DNA from: Deltaproteobacteria bacterium
Lineage (GTDB): Bacteria > Desulfobacterota > Deferrisomatia > Deferrisomatales > JACRMM01
NCBI GenBank assembly: GCA_016214985.1
Contig: JACRMM010000029.1
Location: 25,938-57,937, forward strand
DNA: 32,000 nt
Reading direction: 5' to 3'
The translations under genes and the position numbers were made by a program. Of this stretch, positions 1-8,847 are shown piece by piece. The notes beneath the pieces are model-generated. The model saw nothing but the letters and a program-made list of their open reading frames with translations. It did no database searches and was not told where the DNA came from. The number at the start of each line of letters is the position of its first letter. The first letter of the stretch is position 1.

Positions 1-91
1 GACGATCGCTGGGAATCGTTGACCGGTGCAGCCGTCCGAACGGCCGCGCCGCATGCTCTCCGGTGAAAGGAGCAATGGGCGGAGTAGCCCC

Positions 92-493
92 TCAGTGCGT
101 AAGGCGTTCCCGCCAACGATAGTGCGCGGCGTTGACGACGTCGGGGAGCCGCCACTCATAGCGATCCGCGTTCACGAGCTCGCTCTTGAACGTTCTCCAC
201 TCGTACCGGCCCTCGTTGAGGACTTCGTCGCTGACCGGAGAGTCACGTCGAACCGTTGTTGCCCTCGGCCCGAACGCGAAGCGATCCGCGTTGAGCAACC
301 GGGAAACCGGATCGGGAGCTGGGACCGGGACAGCGACAGCGACCGGGACCAAGACGGAAGCCGATGGCGCCTTTGCCGCGCGGTCTTCTTCCTCCGGTCG
401 CGACGGTTGTGCCGGAGATACCGGCGCCGTCGGTGGGCCAGAAGGGGGCGGAGTCATACCCAGCGCTGTCTTCACCGTGGTCCACACTCCCAT
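92..493 (-). CDS. hypothetical protein with Pro/Ala-rich linker and four C-terminal N-x-x-(R/H)-(Y/F)-x-(W/F)-R repeats
   Basis: Within minus ORF 92..511. The ATG at 493 is preceded by GGGAGGAGG about 6 nt upstream. Third codon positions are GC-rich. The motif recurs as LNADRFAF, LNEGRYEWR, VNADRYEWR and VNAAHYRWR. No family recognised. Confidence 0.45.
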   Translation of the reverse strand: MGVWTTVKTALGMTPPPSGPPTAPVSPAQPSRPEEEDRAAKAPSASVLVPVAVAVPVPAPDPVSRLLNADRFAFGPRATTVRRDSPVSDEVLNEGRYEWRTFKSELVNADRYEWRLPDVVNAAHYRWRERLTH

Positions 494-851
494 GGTCGCC
501 TCCTCCCTCACACCTCACGTCTCTGTGCCGAGCCGGACGCCCGGGGAACGCTTCCCCGGGTCGATTGGTTCTGGACGCGGGCCGTTCGCTGCCATCGAAC
601 AAAATGGCATTCTATTATCGAAGCATCTCTGGTGCAAGATGAAGCTGGCTTGCTCCTCGTCGGCCGTTGGGACTGGAAAGCCATCTGTCTCAGAGTGAGC
701 CCCTGTTTGATCGAGCGCTCCTCTTTCGCGCCGCGGAGACCGGCGAGTGATCGGGGGAGGGGCCATCGTGGCCTCCCTCGGCTCGTTGTGTCACACTGCC
801 GTGCGCGGGGACGGCCCAGGGCCGTCCACCAGCCGGAAGGGAGGGCAGGCC

Positions 852-1067
852 ATGGCGGGCACCCGTGTCGGACTCCTCCTGCTCGCGGCGCCCGTCCTGA
901 TCGGTCAGGGCTGCACGTATCGCGCCTGGTACGAAGGGTTCAAGGAACGCGAGCGACAGGAGTGCTATCGAAACGCAAGCCAGGAGGAAGTTCAGAAGTG
1001 CCTGGATCGCGTGAACAGCACGACCTACGACGACTACAGGAGGAACCGGACGGACGGGAAGGAGTAG
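852..1067 (+). CDS. small secreted (lipoprotein-like) Cys-containing charged protein, 71 aa
   Basis: Internal ATG at 852 of ORF 747..1067, preceded by GGAAGGGAGGG. Hydrophobic signal-like segment MAGTRVGLLLLAAPVLIGQG followed by Cys (lipobox not canonical), then a charged domain with two further Cys. Confidence 0.55.
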   Translation: MAGTRVGLLLLAAPVLIGQGCTYRAWYEGFKERERQECYRNASQEEVQKCLDRVNSTTYDDYRRNRTDGKE

Positions 1068-1343
1068 GAGGGCACTGCGGCGGGTCGTCATGGTTCGTCC
1101 TCCGTGCGGGAACGGGAGCGACGAGTCAAGAGCCGCCCGACCCGAGCTACTCTCGGCCGCGTCGCGGAGCCGGGCACCGGTGGGCCGGATTCGGTCGCGA
1201 TGCGCGGCCTCGTGCCTTGTCCCATCGGTGCCTCCGGCGACTGTCGCTTCGTTGACTTCCGTTCCCGCAAATCCTAGACTGCGCGCGCTGTTTCCCCGAA
1301 CCGCGCGAAGGCCCCGGGTCCTGCCTCGGAGGTGCTGCCCGCC

Positions 1344-2828
1344 ATGGACGTCCTCCTGATCGAGCCGCCGTACAAGAGCCTCAAGGGCGTCTCTCTCGAC
1401 TGTGGCTACGTGATGAGCCTCGTGAGCCTGGCCGCCTATCTCCGCGCCGCGGGGATCGAGGCTCAGGTGCTGAGCGCCGATCTCCTGCTGGATCTCCCGC
1501 CGCAGAACGCCGTGGAGATCGACCTGGTCCGGTACGCCCGGGGCCAGGATCAGTACGAATACGCCGTGCTCCAGGACGACCACCCGGTGTGGCGGGACCT
1601 CGCCGCGGTCGTCCGAAAAGCCCGACCGAGGGCCGTGGGCGTCACGTACATGACGCCGGTGAAGTACGCGGTCGCCCGTGTCGCCGAGGTCGTGAAGGCG
1701 GTCGACCCGGAGATCCCAGTCATCCTGGGCGGGCATCACCCGACCTTCTGCGCCGACGAGGTCCTCGCGGACCCGAACGTGGACTTCGTGGTTCGGGGAG
1801 AGGGCGAGGTCCCCTTCCTGGCGCTGATCCGGCAGCTCCTCGCCGGCCGGCGCGGGTGGGAGAGCGTCCCCGGTCTCACCTATCGGGAGCCGGGCGGGGA
1901 CATCCGAAGCACGGCAGAGCCGCCCCTCCTCGCCGATCTCGACGCCTTGCCGTTCCCGGCCCGCGACGCGGTGATCGGGTGCAACTTCCGACGCTACCGC
2001 ACGCACTTCGCCGCCACGGCGCGGGGTTGCCCGTCCCGGTGTGCGTTCTGCTGCGATCGGACTCTCTGGCACCGCAAGGTCCGCCGCAGGAGCGTCGGGA
2101 ACGTCCTGGAGGAGCTCAAGGAACTCAAAGCGACCTACGACGTGTCGTACGTGGACGTGACCGACGGCACGTTCACCTACGACCCCTCCTATGTCCGTGC
2201 CTTCTGCGAGCGGATGATCGCGGAGGATCTGGGCATCCGCTGGCGGTGCACGGCCCGGTTCGACGGGCTCGACGCCGGTCTGCTCCGGCTCATGCGGAAG
2301 GCGAACTGCTCGGCCCTCTACTTCGGGCTCGAGTCGGGGAGCCGGAGGATCCTCGATTCCATCCACAAGGGGACGAACCTCGAGGAGATCCGGCGGGTCG
2401 GCCGGATGGTCCGAGACAGCGGCCTCGTCTCCATGGTCTCGGTCCTGGTCGGCCTGCCAGACGAGACCGACGCCGACGTGCAGGACACCCTCGCCCTCAT
2501 GCGATCCCTCACGGCCGATCTGTTCGACGTCAACACCTACATCCCCCTTCCGGGGACCCACCTCTACGACGCCCTGGACGAGGAGACCCGCCGCAGCATC
2601 GACTGGCGGAAGATGGGGTATAAATCCCTCGTCGGCCGCTTCTCGCCGCACATTCCTGAGCCGCGGCTGCGCGAGCTCGTGCTCGAGGCCCACGCCGTGG
2701 CGGAAGAGTCCAAGCGGCGGTTTCGCCGTCGCTTGCCGAGGCTCGCCGCGGCCGAGGCGGCGAGCCGGGTCTGGGCGTTGACCCGACGTCTGCTGCCGCG
2801 CCGTCCTCGGCCAGCCGACGAAGGGTAG
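1344..2828 (+). CDS. B12-binding domain radical SAM protein (class B rSAM), substrate unknown
   Basis: ORF 1332..2828; the ATG at 1344 gives MDVLLIEPPYK. N-terminal cobalamin-binding-like region (VILGGHHPT). Radical SAM CxxxCxxC is present in ARGCPSRCAFCCD. Arg-rich C-terminal tail. Confidence 0.88.
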   Translation: MDVLLIEPPYKSLKGVSLDCGYVMSLVSLAAYLRAAGIEAQVLSADLLLDLPPQNAVEIDLVRYARGQDQYEYAVLQDDHPVWRDLAAVVRKARPRAVGVTYMTPVKYAVARVAEVVKAVDPEIPVILGGHHPTFCADEVLADPNVDFVVRGEGEVPFLALIRQLLAGRRGWESVPGLTYREPGGDIRSTAEPPLLADLDALPFPARDAVIGCNFRRYRTHFAATARGCPSRCAFCCDRTLWHRKVRRRSVGNVLEELKELKATYDVSYVDVTDGTFTYDPSYVRAFCERMIAEDLGIRWRCTARFDGLDAGLLRLMRKANCSALYFGLESGSRRILDSIHKGTNLEEIRRVGRMVRDSGLVSMVSVLVGLPDETDADVQDTLALMRSLTADLFDVNTYIPLPGTHLYDALDEETRRSIDWRKMGYKSLVGRFSPHIPEPRLRELVLEAHAVAEESKRRFRRRLPRLAAAEAASRVWALTRRLLPRRPRPADEG

Positions 2829-3083
2829 GGCGCTCGTTGTCGGGTCGGGATCTGGGTCACCGATCGCCCGCTCCTCCACTCCGGTCGTGCCCGGAAGGAG
2901 CTGCAGGACCCGAGTGCGCCCGAGCAGCGAGCTCAAGACCCGGCCCGGTTCGGCCGATCGGTTACGAGCGTGCGGGTCGTAGAGCCCTCGCGCCGAGCGC
3001 GCGGTCTCCAGGGACCGCTCTGCGAGGGGCTTCGGCAGGATGCAGCCCTCCCTCTATCCCGTTTCTCTCGCGAGGATGCTACG

Positions 3084-6000
3084 GTGTGGTCCGACGACGA
3101 GCGCTTCTTCCGCTTGATCGCGGAGAATAGCGACGACCTGATCGCCGTGCTCGACCGGCGCGGACTCTTCGTGTACGCGAGCCCCGGCTACCGGGACGTC
3201 CTCGGCTACGAGCCGGAGGAGCTCGTGGGTGCGGATGCGCTGTCGTTCATCCACTCCGACGACCGGCCCAATGTCGTGGAGAAGCTCGCGCGGCTGCTCT
3301 CCGACGGCACGCCGGACCGCGCCGTGTTTCGGAACCGTCACCGCGACGGATCCTGGCGGGTGTTCGAGGCGGCAGGTCGGCGCGCCGCCGATGACTCCGG
3401 GAGTGGTGCTTCGGTGGTCGTCACGTCGCGGGACGTGACCGAGCGAGTGCGGACCGAGGAGGCGCTGCGGGAGAGCGAGGCGCGGTACGGGAGCCTGTTC
3501 GGGGACAGCCACGCGGTCATGCTCGTCCTGGATCCGGAGAGCGGTGCCATCGTCGACGCCAACCAGGCGGCCTGCTCGTTTTACGGGTACACCCGCGCGC
3601 AACTGAGGGGCAGTTCGGTTTTTGACCTGAATGCGCTCCCGAGAGAGCGGGTCGTCGGCGAGTTGGCCCGCGCCGCCCGCGGGAGCCGCAGACATTTCTT
3701 CTTCCCGCACCGTCTCGCCAACGGGGAGATCCGCGACGTCGAGGTCTATTCCGGGCCCGTCGCCGTCGCCGGCCGAACCCTCCTCTACTCGATCGTCCAC
3801 GACGTTACCGACCGCACCCGGGCACAGGCCGCGCTTCGGGAGGAGCAGGACCGGCTGGAGCGCCAGCTGCGGTTCGCGAGGGCCCTCAACAGCATCTCCG
3901 AGGCCGTGCTCCACTACGACGACGAGCCCACCCTGTTGGAGTCCACGGCGGAGATTGTCGGGGAAACCCTCCGGGTGGACCGGTGCCTGATCTACGACGT
4001 GGATTTCGGCCGCGGGGAGGTTGCAGGCCGGTGCGAGTGGCTGAACCCCTCCACCGCGGTGCTCGAGCCGACCAAAGGCACGTATGGCCTCAATCTCTTT
4101 CGCTCGAGCGTCCAGCACACCTGGGACACGCGCCTGGGGTTGGAGAGTCACACCGACGCCGTGAACCCTTGCCTGGCGGAGGACGGGTCGGCCGAGTGGC
4201 TCCACGACCGGATGGGTATCCGAAGCCTGCTCTGGCACCCCTTCTCCTTCCGGACAAAGGGATTCCACTCGCTGATCTTCCACCAGACCACGGCCCGGCG
4301 GACGTGGCTCCCGGACGAGCATCAATTCCTCGACGCGGCAGCTCGGCAGGTCGACATCGCCCTTCAGAAGATCGGTCTCCTCGCCCAGCGCACCGAGTCG
4401 GAGCGCGCCCTGCGGGCCTCCGAGGACCGCTACCGCGCAATCTTCGAGACCGCCGGGATCCCGATGATCATCATCGACGAGGACACGACGATCTCGCTGG
4501 CCAACGCCGAGTTCGAGAGACTCTCGGGGTGTTCAAAGTACGAGTTGCAGGGGAAGAGGAGCTGGACGGAGTTTGCGGGCGCCGTGGACCTGGACCGGAT
4601 GGTGGGCTACCATCACGGCCGGCGCCTCGACCCGGATTCGGCGCCGCGCAAGTACGAGTTCGAGTTTGTGGACGCTGCGGGGCGCTCCCGAACCGTCGTC
4701 ACCACGGTCGCGATGATCCCCGGTTCGAGGCAGAGCGTGGCGTCGTACCTCGACATCTCCGAGAGCAAGCGGGCCGAGGCGGCGCTTCGCGCGTCCGAGG
4801 AGAAGTACCGCGTGTTCTTCGAAGACGATTTGACGGGCGACTTCCTCTCGAGCCCCGAAGGCCGCCTGACGGCCTGTAACCCGGCGTTCGCCCGAATCTT
4901 CGGGTTCTCGTCGCCCGAAGCGGCCGTGGGGTTCGACTTGACCGGATTGTACCCGTCGCCTGCCCAGCGGCTCGAGTTGATCGAGCGCCTGGTGCGCGAG
5001 CGGAGGCTCGAATACCTGGAGCTCGGGCTTCGCCGCCTCGACGGGGAAGCCGTCCACGTCGTGGCCAACCTGATTGGCCGCTTCGACGAGTCCGGCGAGC
5101 TGCGGGAGATCCGCGGGTATCTCTTCGACGACACGGGCAGGAAGAAGCTCGAGGTGCAGCTCCTGCAGGCCCAGAAGCTCGAGAGCGTGGGGCAGCTCGC
5201 CGGAGGCGTGGCCCACGACTTCAACAACATCCTCGCCGGCATCATGGGGCACGCGGAGCTGGCCGTGGCCCGCGCGCCCGACGGTCACCCGACGCGCCGT
5301 CACATGGCGCAGGTCGTCGACTTGGCGGAGAGGGCGGCCGGGACCACGCGGCGCCTCCTCGCGTTCTCCCGCCGACAGGTGCTGGAGCCGGTCACCGTCG
5401 GGATGAACGACATCGTGGCGAGCCTGCACCGCCTGATCGGCAAGACCCTCGGGGAACGCATCGAGATCTCGGTGTCGGTCGATCCCGACCTTCCTCCGAT
5501 CTTCGCGGACACCGCCCAGATGGAGCAGGTTCTCCTGAACCTGTGCATCAACGCTCGGGACGCCATGCCCGAGGGAGGCAGGCTGCTCATCGAAACGAGG
5601 CGCGCCACGCTCGACGCGGCCTCCCTTCCGGCCCGCACCGGGCTCGCGCCGGGCGAGTACGTCCTCGTCGGTGTCTCGGACAGCGGGTCCGGCATGGAGG
5701 AGGCGGTGCGACGGCGCATCTTCGAGCCTTTCTTCACGACGAAGGAGCCGGACCGGGGCACGGGCCTCGGTCTGGCCATGGTGCACGGCATCGTCACGCA
5801 GCACCGGGGGTTCGTGGACGTGGCCACAGCGGAGGGCCGCGGTACCACGTTTACCGTGTACCTGCCGGCGGCCCAGGGTCTCGAGGAGCGGCCGGACTCG
5901 ACCCTGTCACGGCCGGTCCAAGGGGGGAACGAGACCGTTCTGCTCGTGGAGGACGACGAGGCCCTCCGCGACCTGGCCGTCGACGTCCTCCAGCAGCACG

Positions 6001-6398
6001 GGTATGCGGCCGTGGCTGCGAGCAACGGGGAGGAGGCGCTACGGCTGCTCGAGGAGAGGGAAGGAGAGGTCGCGCTCGTCGTGACCGACGTGGTCATGCC
6101 CAGGATGGACGGCGTGGCACTCTACGACCGGGTCCGGCGACTCCGGGCCGAAACGAGGTTCCTCTTCGTCAGCGGGTACCCGGACGGCGCAATGGACGAG
6201 GGGTTCATGCTCGACGCTCTCGTCCCGTTCCTTCGCAAGCCCTTCAACACGCGCCAGCTTCTGGACAAGGTCCGGGAGGCACTGGACCGGGCTCCTGCTG
6301 CCGCGGCTCCCGTGAGGAGGGATCTGTCGCGCGCGCGCGCGGCAACCGCTCTCGGCGGCCGCGCAACCCCGGTAGCGAGTCTGCGGAGGCGACGGTAG
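3084..6398 (+). CDS. hybrid sensor histidine kinase (multiple PAS, GAF, HisKA, HATPase_c, C-terminal receiver)
   Basis: ORF 2970..6398. The GTG at 3084 has GAGGAT 6 nt upstream; 2970 is an alternative start. Several PAS-like blocks (ERFFRLIAENSDD, YGSLFGDSHAVMLVLD, YRAIFETAGIPMIIID, YRVFFEDDLTGDF). H-box GVAHDFNNILAGIMGHAEL, N-box LLNLCINARDAM, G-boxes SDSGSGM and GTGLGLAMV. Receiver VLLVEDDEALR..VVTDVVMPRMDG..LRKPF. Confidence 0.92.
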   Translation: MWSDDERFFRLIAENSDDLIAVLDRRGLFVYASPGYRDVLGYEPEELVGADALSFIHSDDRPNVVEKLARLLSDGTPDRAVFRNRHRDGSWRVFEAAGRRAADDSGSGASVVVTSRDVTERVRTEEALRESEARYGSLFGDSHAVMLVLDPESGAIVDANQAACSFYGYTRAQLRGSSVFDLNALPRERVVGELARAARGSRRHFFFPHRLANGEIRDVEVYSGPVAVAGRTLLYSIVHDVTDRTRAQAALREEQDRLERQLRFARALNSISEAVLHYDDEPTLLESTAEIVGETLRVDRCLIYDVDFGRGEVAGRCEWLNPSTAVLEPTKGTYGLNLFRSSVQHTWDTRLGLESHTDAVNPCLAEDGSAEWLHDRMGIRSLLWHPFSFRTKGFHSLIFHQTTARRTWLPDEHQFLDAAARQVDIALQKIGLLAQRTESERALRASEDRYRAIFETAGIPMIIIDEDTTISLANAEFERLSGCSKYELQGKRSWTEFAGAVDLDRMVGYHHGRRLDPDSAPRKYEFEFVDAAGRSRTVVTTVAMIPGSRQSVASYLDISESKRAEAALRASEEKYRVFFEDDLTGDFLSSPEGRLTACNPAFARIFGFSSPEAAVGFDLTGLYPSPAQRLELIERLVRERRLEYLELGLRRLDGEAVHVVANLIGRFDESGELREIRGYLFDDTGRKKLEVQLLQAQKLESVGQLAGGVAHDFNNILAGIMGHAELAVARAPDGHPTRRHMAQVVDLAERAAGTTRRLLAFSRRQVLEPVTVGMNDIVASLHRLIGKTLGERIEISVSVDPDLPPIFADTAQMEQVLLNLCINARDAMPEGGRLLIETRRATLDAASLPARTGLAPGEYVLVGVSDSGSGMEEAVRRRIFEPFFTTKEPDRGTGLGLAMVHGIVTQHRGFVDVATAEGRGTTFTVYLPAAQGLEERPDSTLSRPVQGGNETVLLVEDDEALRDLAVDVLQQHGYAAVAASNGEEALRLLEEREGEVALVVTDVVMPRMDGVALYDRVRRLRAETRFLFVSGYPDGAMDEGFMLDALVPFLRKPFNTRQLLDKVREALDRAPAAAAPVRRDLSRARAATALGGRATPVASLRRRR

Positions 6399-6414
6399 GT
6401 TCCGGTGGCCGGTT

Positions 6415-6443
6415 CCTGACGGGCGCGGAGCGCGGCCGCGTCA
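6415..6443. terminator. GC-rich bulged hairpin between convergent genes (candidate bidirectional terminator)
   Basis: CTGACG..CGTCAG outer stem with further inner G-C pairs and a 3-nt loop (paired by hand). Lies between the kinase stop (6398) and the J-domain gene stop (6441..6443). No U-tract. Confidence 0.25.
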
Positions 6444-7298
6444 GGGAGGGGCGCCCTCAGACGGCGTGCCTTCGGCCGGGCATCGGCGGGCCGCGGCGAA
6501 CAGTTCTTCGATCCAGGGGTCCGGGCCCGTCTTCAGGGCCCGGAGCCGTCGCCGGGCCGCCGCGATCTGCCGGTCCAGCCCTCGTGCCATCTCGGCCAGC
6601 AGATCGACGCCTACCCGGTGGGCCCGCTCGACCTTTCGGTGCAACCGGCACAGGTCGGACCGACCGAGCTCTTGGAGCTCTGCGGCGATCGCACCGAGGC
6701 GCCGCCGGGCCTGTTCGATCATCCTGCACACCCGACGAAGCTCGACCTCCGGGTCGTCGCCGGCGACGTGCTCGGCGCGGTTCTCCCAGTCCAGCAGGAG
6801 GTCGCGGAGCGCCTCCTCGTCTCCCTGCGCATAGGCGCGGTTGGCCTCCGCCATGAAGCTCTGCCGCCGCACCCGATCCTCCTCGTCGTCGGCGAGGTCA
6901 GGGTGCAGCGTTTTTGCAGCCCGGCGGTAAAGCTTCTTCAGGTCCTCCGAGGCGTCGAACGGCTCCATTTTCTCGTCCGCCCCCGCCGCCCACTCCGCGG
7001 CCTGCTCGGAGTCCGCGGCCTGGGCTGCTGCGGCCGCCGCCCGCTCTCGCGCCGCCCGATCCCGAGGTGACGCCGCCGCGAGCAGCGCGGCGATCTCGGC
7101 CTCCACGCCGTCGAGCTCTGCGTAGCGAAGGCCGATCGTGCGCAGGTAGACGAGCTCGAAGGACTGGAGCTCGGCGGAAAGGGTCGCGAGCTCGAGCTCC
7201 CGTTCGGCCAGCTCCGACTGCAGGCGCGCCAGCTCAGCGGCCTTCCGGTCGAGCTCAGACTCGGTGGTTTCCGTCGGACCGGCGACGACGAGGTCCAT
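6441..7298 (-). CDS. J-domain (DnaJ-like) protein with N-terminal coiled-coil region
   Basis: 285-aa ORF. J-domain signature LKKLYRRAAKTLHPDLADDEEDRVRRQSFMAEANRAYAQGDEEAL contains the HPD tripeptide. The N-terminus is rich in heptad-like ELA/LQSEL repeats. Confidence 0.8.
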   Translation of the reverse strand: MDLVVAGPTETTESELDRKAAELARLQSELAERELELATLSAELQSFELVYLRTIGLRYAELDGVEAEIAALLAAASPRDRAARERAAAAAAQAADSEQAAEWAAGADEKMEPFDASEDLKKLYRRAAKTLHPDLADDEEDRVRRQSFMAEANRAYAQGDEEALRDLLLDWENRAEHVAGDDPEVELRRVCRMIEQARRRLGAIAAELQELGRSDLCRLHRKVERAHRVGVDLLAEMARGLDRQIAAARRRLRALKTGPDPWIEELFAAARRCPAEGTPSEGAPP

Positions 7299-7320
7299 GG
7301 GCGCAGTTCCTGCCCTCGCC

Positions 7321-7821
7321 TCAGGCCCCGTGGAGGGCCGGGAGAAGCCGCCGAATCGCGCGCAGGAGCTCAGCGAAATCGGCGTTCTTGTGGAGGACCG
7401 CGTCGGCCTGGGTCAGGTCGCCCTCGCCGAGCCCGGCCGACGTGTAGAAGAGGAAGGGTACGCCCGGCAGCAGAAGCCGGCAGGAGCGCAGGAACGCGAC
7501 CCCCTCGGGCTCGCCGTCGCGCCCCTGGCACTCCGCTAGGGAAGAAGAGAGGATCAGGTCCACCCGGTGGTCGCGGAGGAACGAGAGCGCCCCGGCTGCG
7601 GACGACCGGCACACCAGCGAAACGCTGCCCTCCGCCAGGAGCTCGGTCAGCTTTGCCCGAAGCACCTTCTGAATGAACGCGTGGCCGTCCACGTGCAGGA
7701 TGCACCGGCCGCGGGCGAGTTCCGTCAGACCCCGCGCGGCGATGCGGCCGGCACGCAGCGGGTCGAAGGAGGCCAGCGCCCGCGGGGTCACCGCCGGCAC
7801 GCCGCTGCCACCGCTCTCCAT
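7321..7821 (-). CDS. receiver-like (pseudo-receiver) domain protein lacking the canonical phospho-acceptor Asp
   Basis: Within ORF 7321..7908. The ATG at 7821 is preceded by GGGAGGA about 6 nt upstream. CheY-like layout: ILHVDGH (acidic pocket reduced), VDLILSSS where DLILxD is expected, FLFYTS (Thr), VLHKN (Lys). Directly upstream of the J-domain gene and co-oriented with it. Confidence 0.6.
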   Translation of the reverse strand: MESGGSGVPAVTPRALASFDPLRAGRIAARGLTELARGRCILHVDGHAFIQKVLRAKLTELLAEGSVSLVCRSSAAGALSFLRDHRVDLILSSSLAECQGRDGEPEGVAFLRSCRLLLPGVPFLFYTSAGLGEGDLTQADAVLHKNADFAELLRAIRRLLPALHGA

Positions 7822-8060
7822 GAACGTCCTCCCGTGTCTTCCCGGCAACGGCTCCGGTGGGCTCTCGGGGCCGCGGCTCATCTTCGCGGCAGCGGCGGTG
7901 GGCGTCAAGCCCGGTCCTCCGCACTCCGGCGCGACTCCGGGGGATCCTGGGACTTCCCCGCGCCGTTCGCAGCTGTGCAGAGAGAGGGGCCAAGAGGCAG
8001 CGGGCCCACCGGAGGGTTGCTCCGACGGGCCCGCGATGGATCTCGATGGCGGGCGTCGCG

Positions 8061-8738
8061 TCAGCCGAGCTGCCCCAGGATGGACTTGCTCACCTCCTCG
8101 ATGGACGGGGCGCCGTCCACGGAGAGGATCCGGATCCCCGCCACGCCCTTGAAATAGTTGACCGCGGCCATGGTGCCGGCCTTGGCGTCGTAGTAGATGT
8201 CGTGGCGCTTGTTGATGGCCGTCTCATCCTGATCGTCGGCTCGGGTCTTCAAATCACCGCCGCAGACCCGGCAGACGAGCTTGCCGTTCTTCTCCACGGG
8301 TTTGATCGCGTCGAAGGCGACGTGATTGGGATGGTTGTTGTCGTTTACGCACAGCCTTCGGCCCGTGATGCGCAGCTTTGCGATCTCGCGATCGAGGACG
8401 ATCTCGATCACGCAGTCCACGTTCATCCCGGCCTTTCGGAGGGCCTCGTGAAGGCTCTGGGCCTGGGCGGGGTTCCGTGGGAACCCGTCGAGCAGCCAGC
8501 CCTTGACGCAGTCGCTCTCGCGCAGCCGGTCGAGGATCATCGGGATCGTGATGTCGTCCGGGACGAGGTCGCCTCGGTCGATGAAGCTCTTGGCCTTCAT
8601 GCCGAGGGCCGTGCCCTCCGCAATGCTCTTCCGGAAGATGGCGCCGGACTCGATGTGGGGCACCTGGTACTTTTTCTGCACCAGCGTCCCCTGCGTGCCC
8701 TTGCCGCTCCCGTTCGGCCCGAAGATCAGGATGTTCAT
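8061..8738 (-). CDS. adk: adenylate kinase (long form with Cys-containing LID)
   Basis: The ATG at 8738 gives MNILIFGPNGSGKGTQG (P-loop). Also LLDGFPRN, a LID segment with CVNDNNHPNH...CRVCGG, and RADDQDE..KRHDIYY. The start was verified against the plus-strand 'cat' at 8736..8738. Confidence 0.95.
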   Translation of the reverse strand: MNILIFGPNGSGKGTQGTLVQKKYQVPHIESGAIFRKSIAEGTALGMKAKSFIDRGDLVPDDITIPMILDRLRESDCVKGWLLDGFPRNPAQAQSLHEALRKAGMNVDCVIEIVLDREIAKLRITGRRLCVNDNNHPNHVAFDAIKPVEKNGKLVCRVCGGDLKTRADDQDETAINKRHDIYYDAKAGTMAAVNYFKGVAGIRILSVDGAPSIEEVSKSILGQLG

Positions 8739-8847
8739 GCAGCGCCCCTTTCGTGGATGAAGTTGCCGCGGCCAAACGCCTCTTCGTCCCGGTCCGTGGT
8801 CCGGGACCTGGCGCGGGGCTCCTTTTAGCAGGGAATGGCGCAGACGG

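Noticed and set aside
540-826. Perfect inverted repeats CCCGGGGAA-cgc-TTCCCCGGG (540..560) and GACGGCCC-a-GGGCCGTC (810..826) in the divergent intergenic region.
   Set aside because: In 32 kb of GC-rich DNA, one or two 8-9-bp-arm palindromes are expected by chance. They have no recognisable operator family or associated regulator gene, so I noted them but made no call.
690-2936. Very long ORFs antisense or out of frame to recognisable genes. Examples: 690..2936(-), 26..1255(+), 3054..4325(-), 4533..5804(-), 12083..13345(+), 14201..15556(+), 16435..17805(+), 18098..19699(+), 21837..23045(-).
   Set aside because: Their translations are Arg/Pro/Gly/Ala-rich low-complexity strings with no motifs. 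They overlap genes with clear family signatures on the other strand or frame. This is the usual stop-codon-poor artefact of high-GC DNA.
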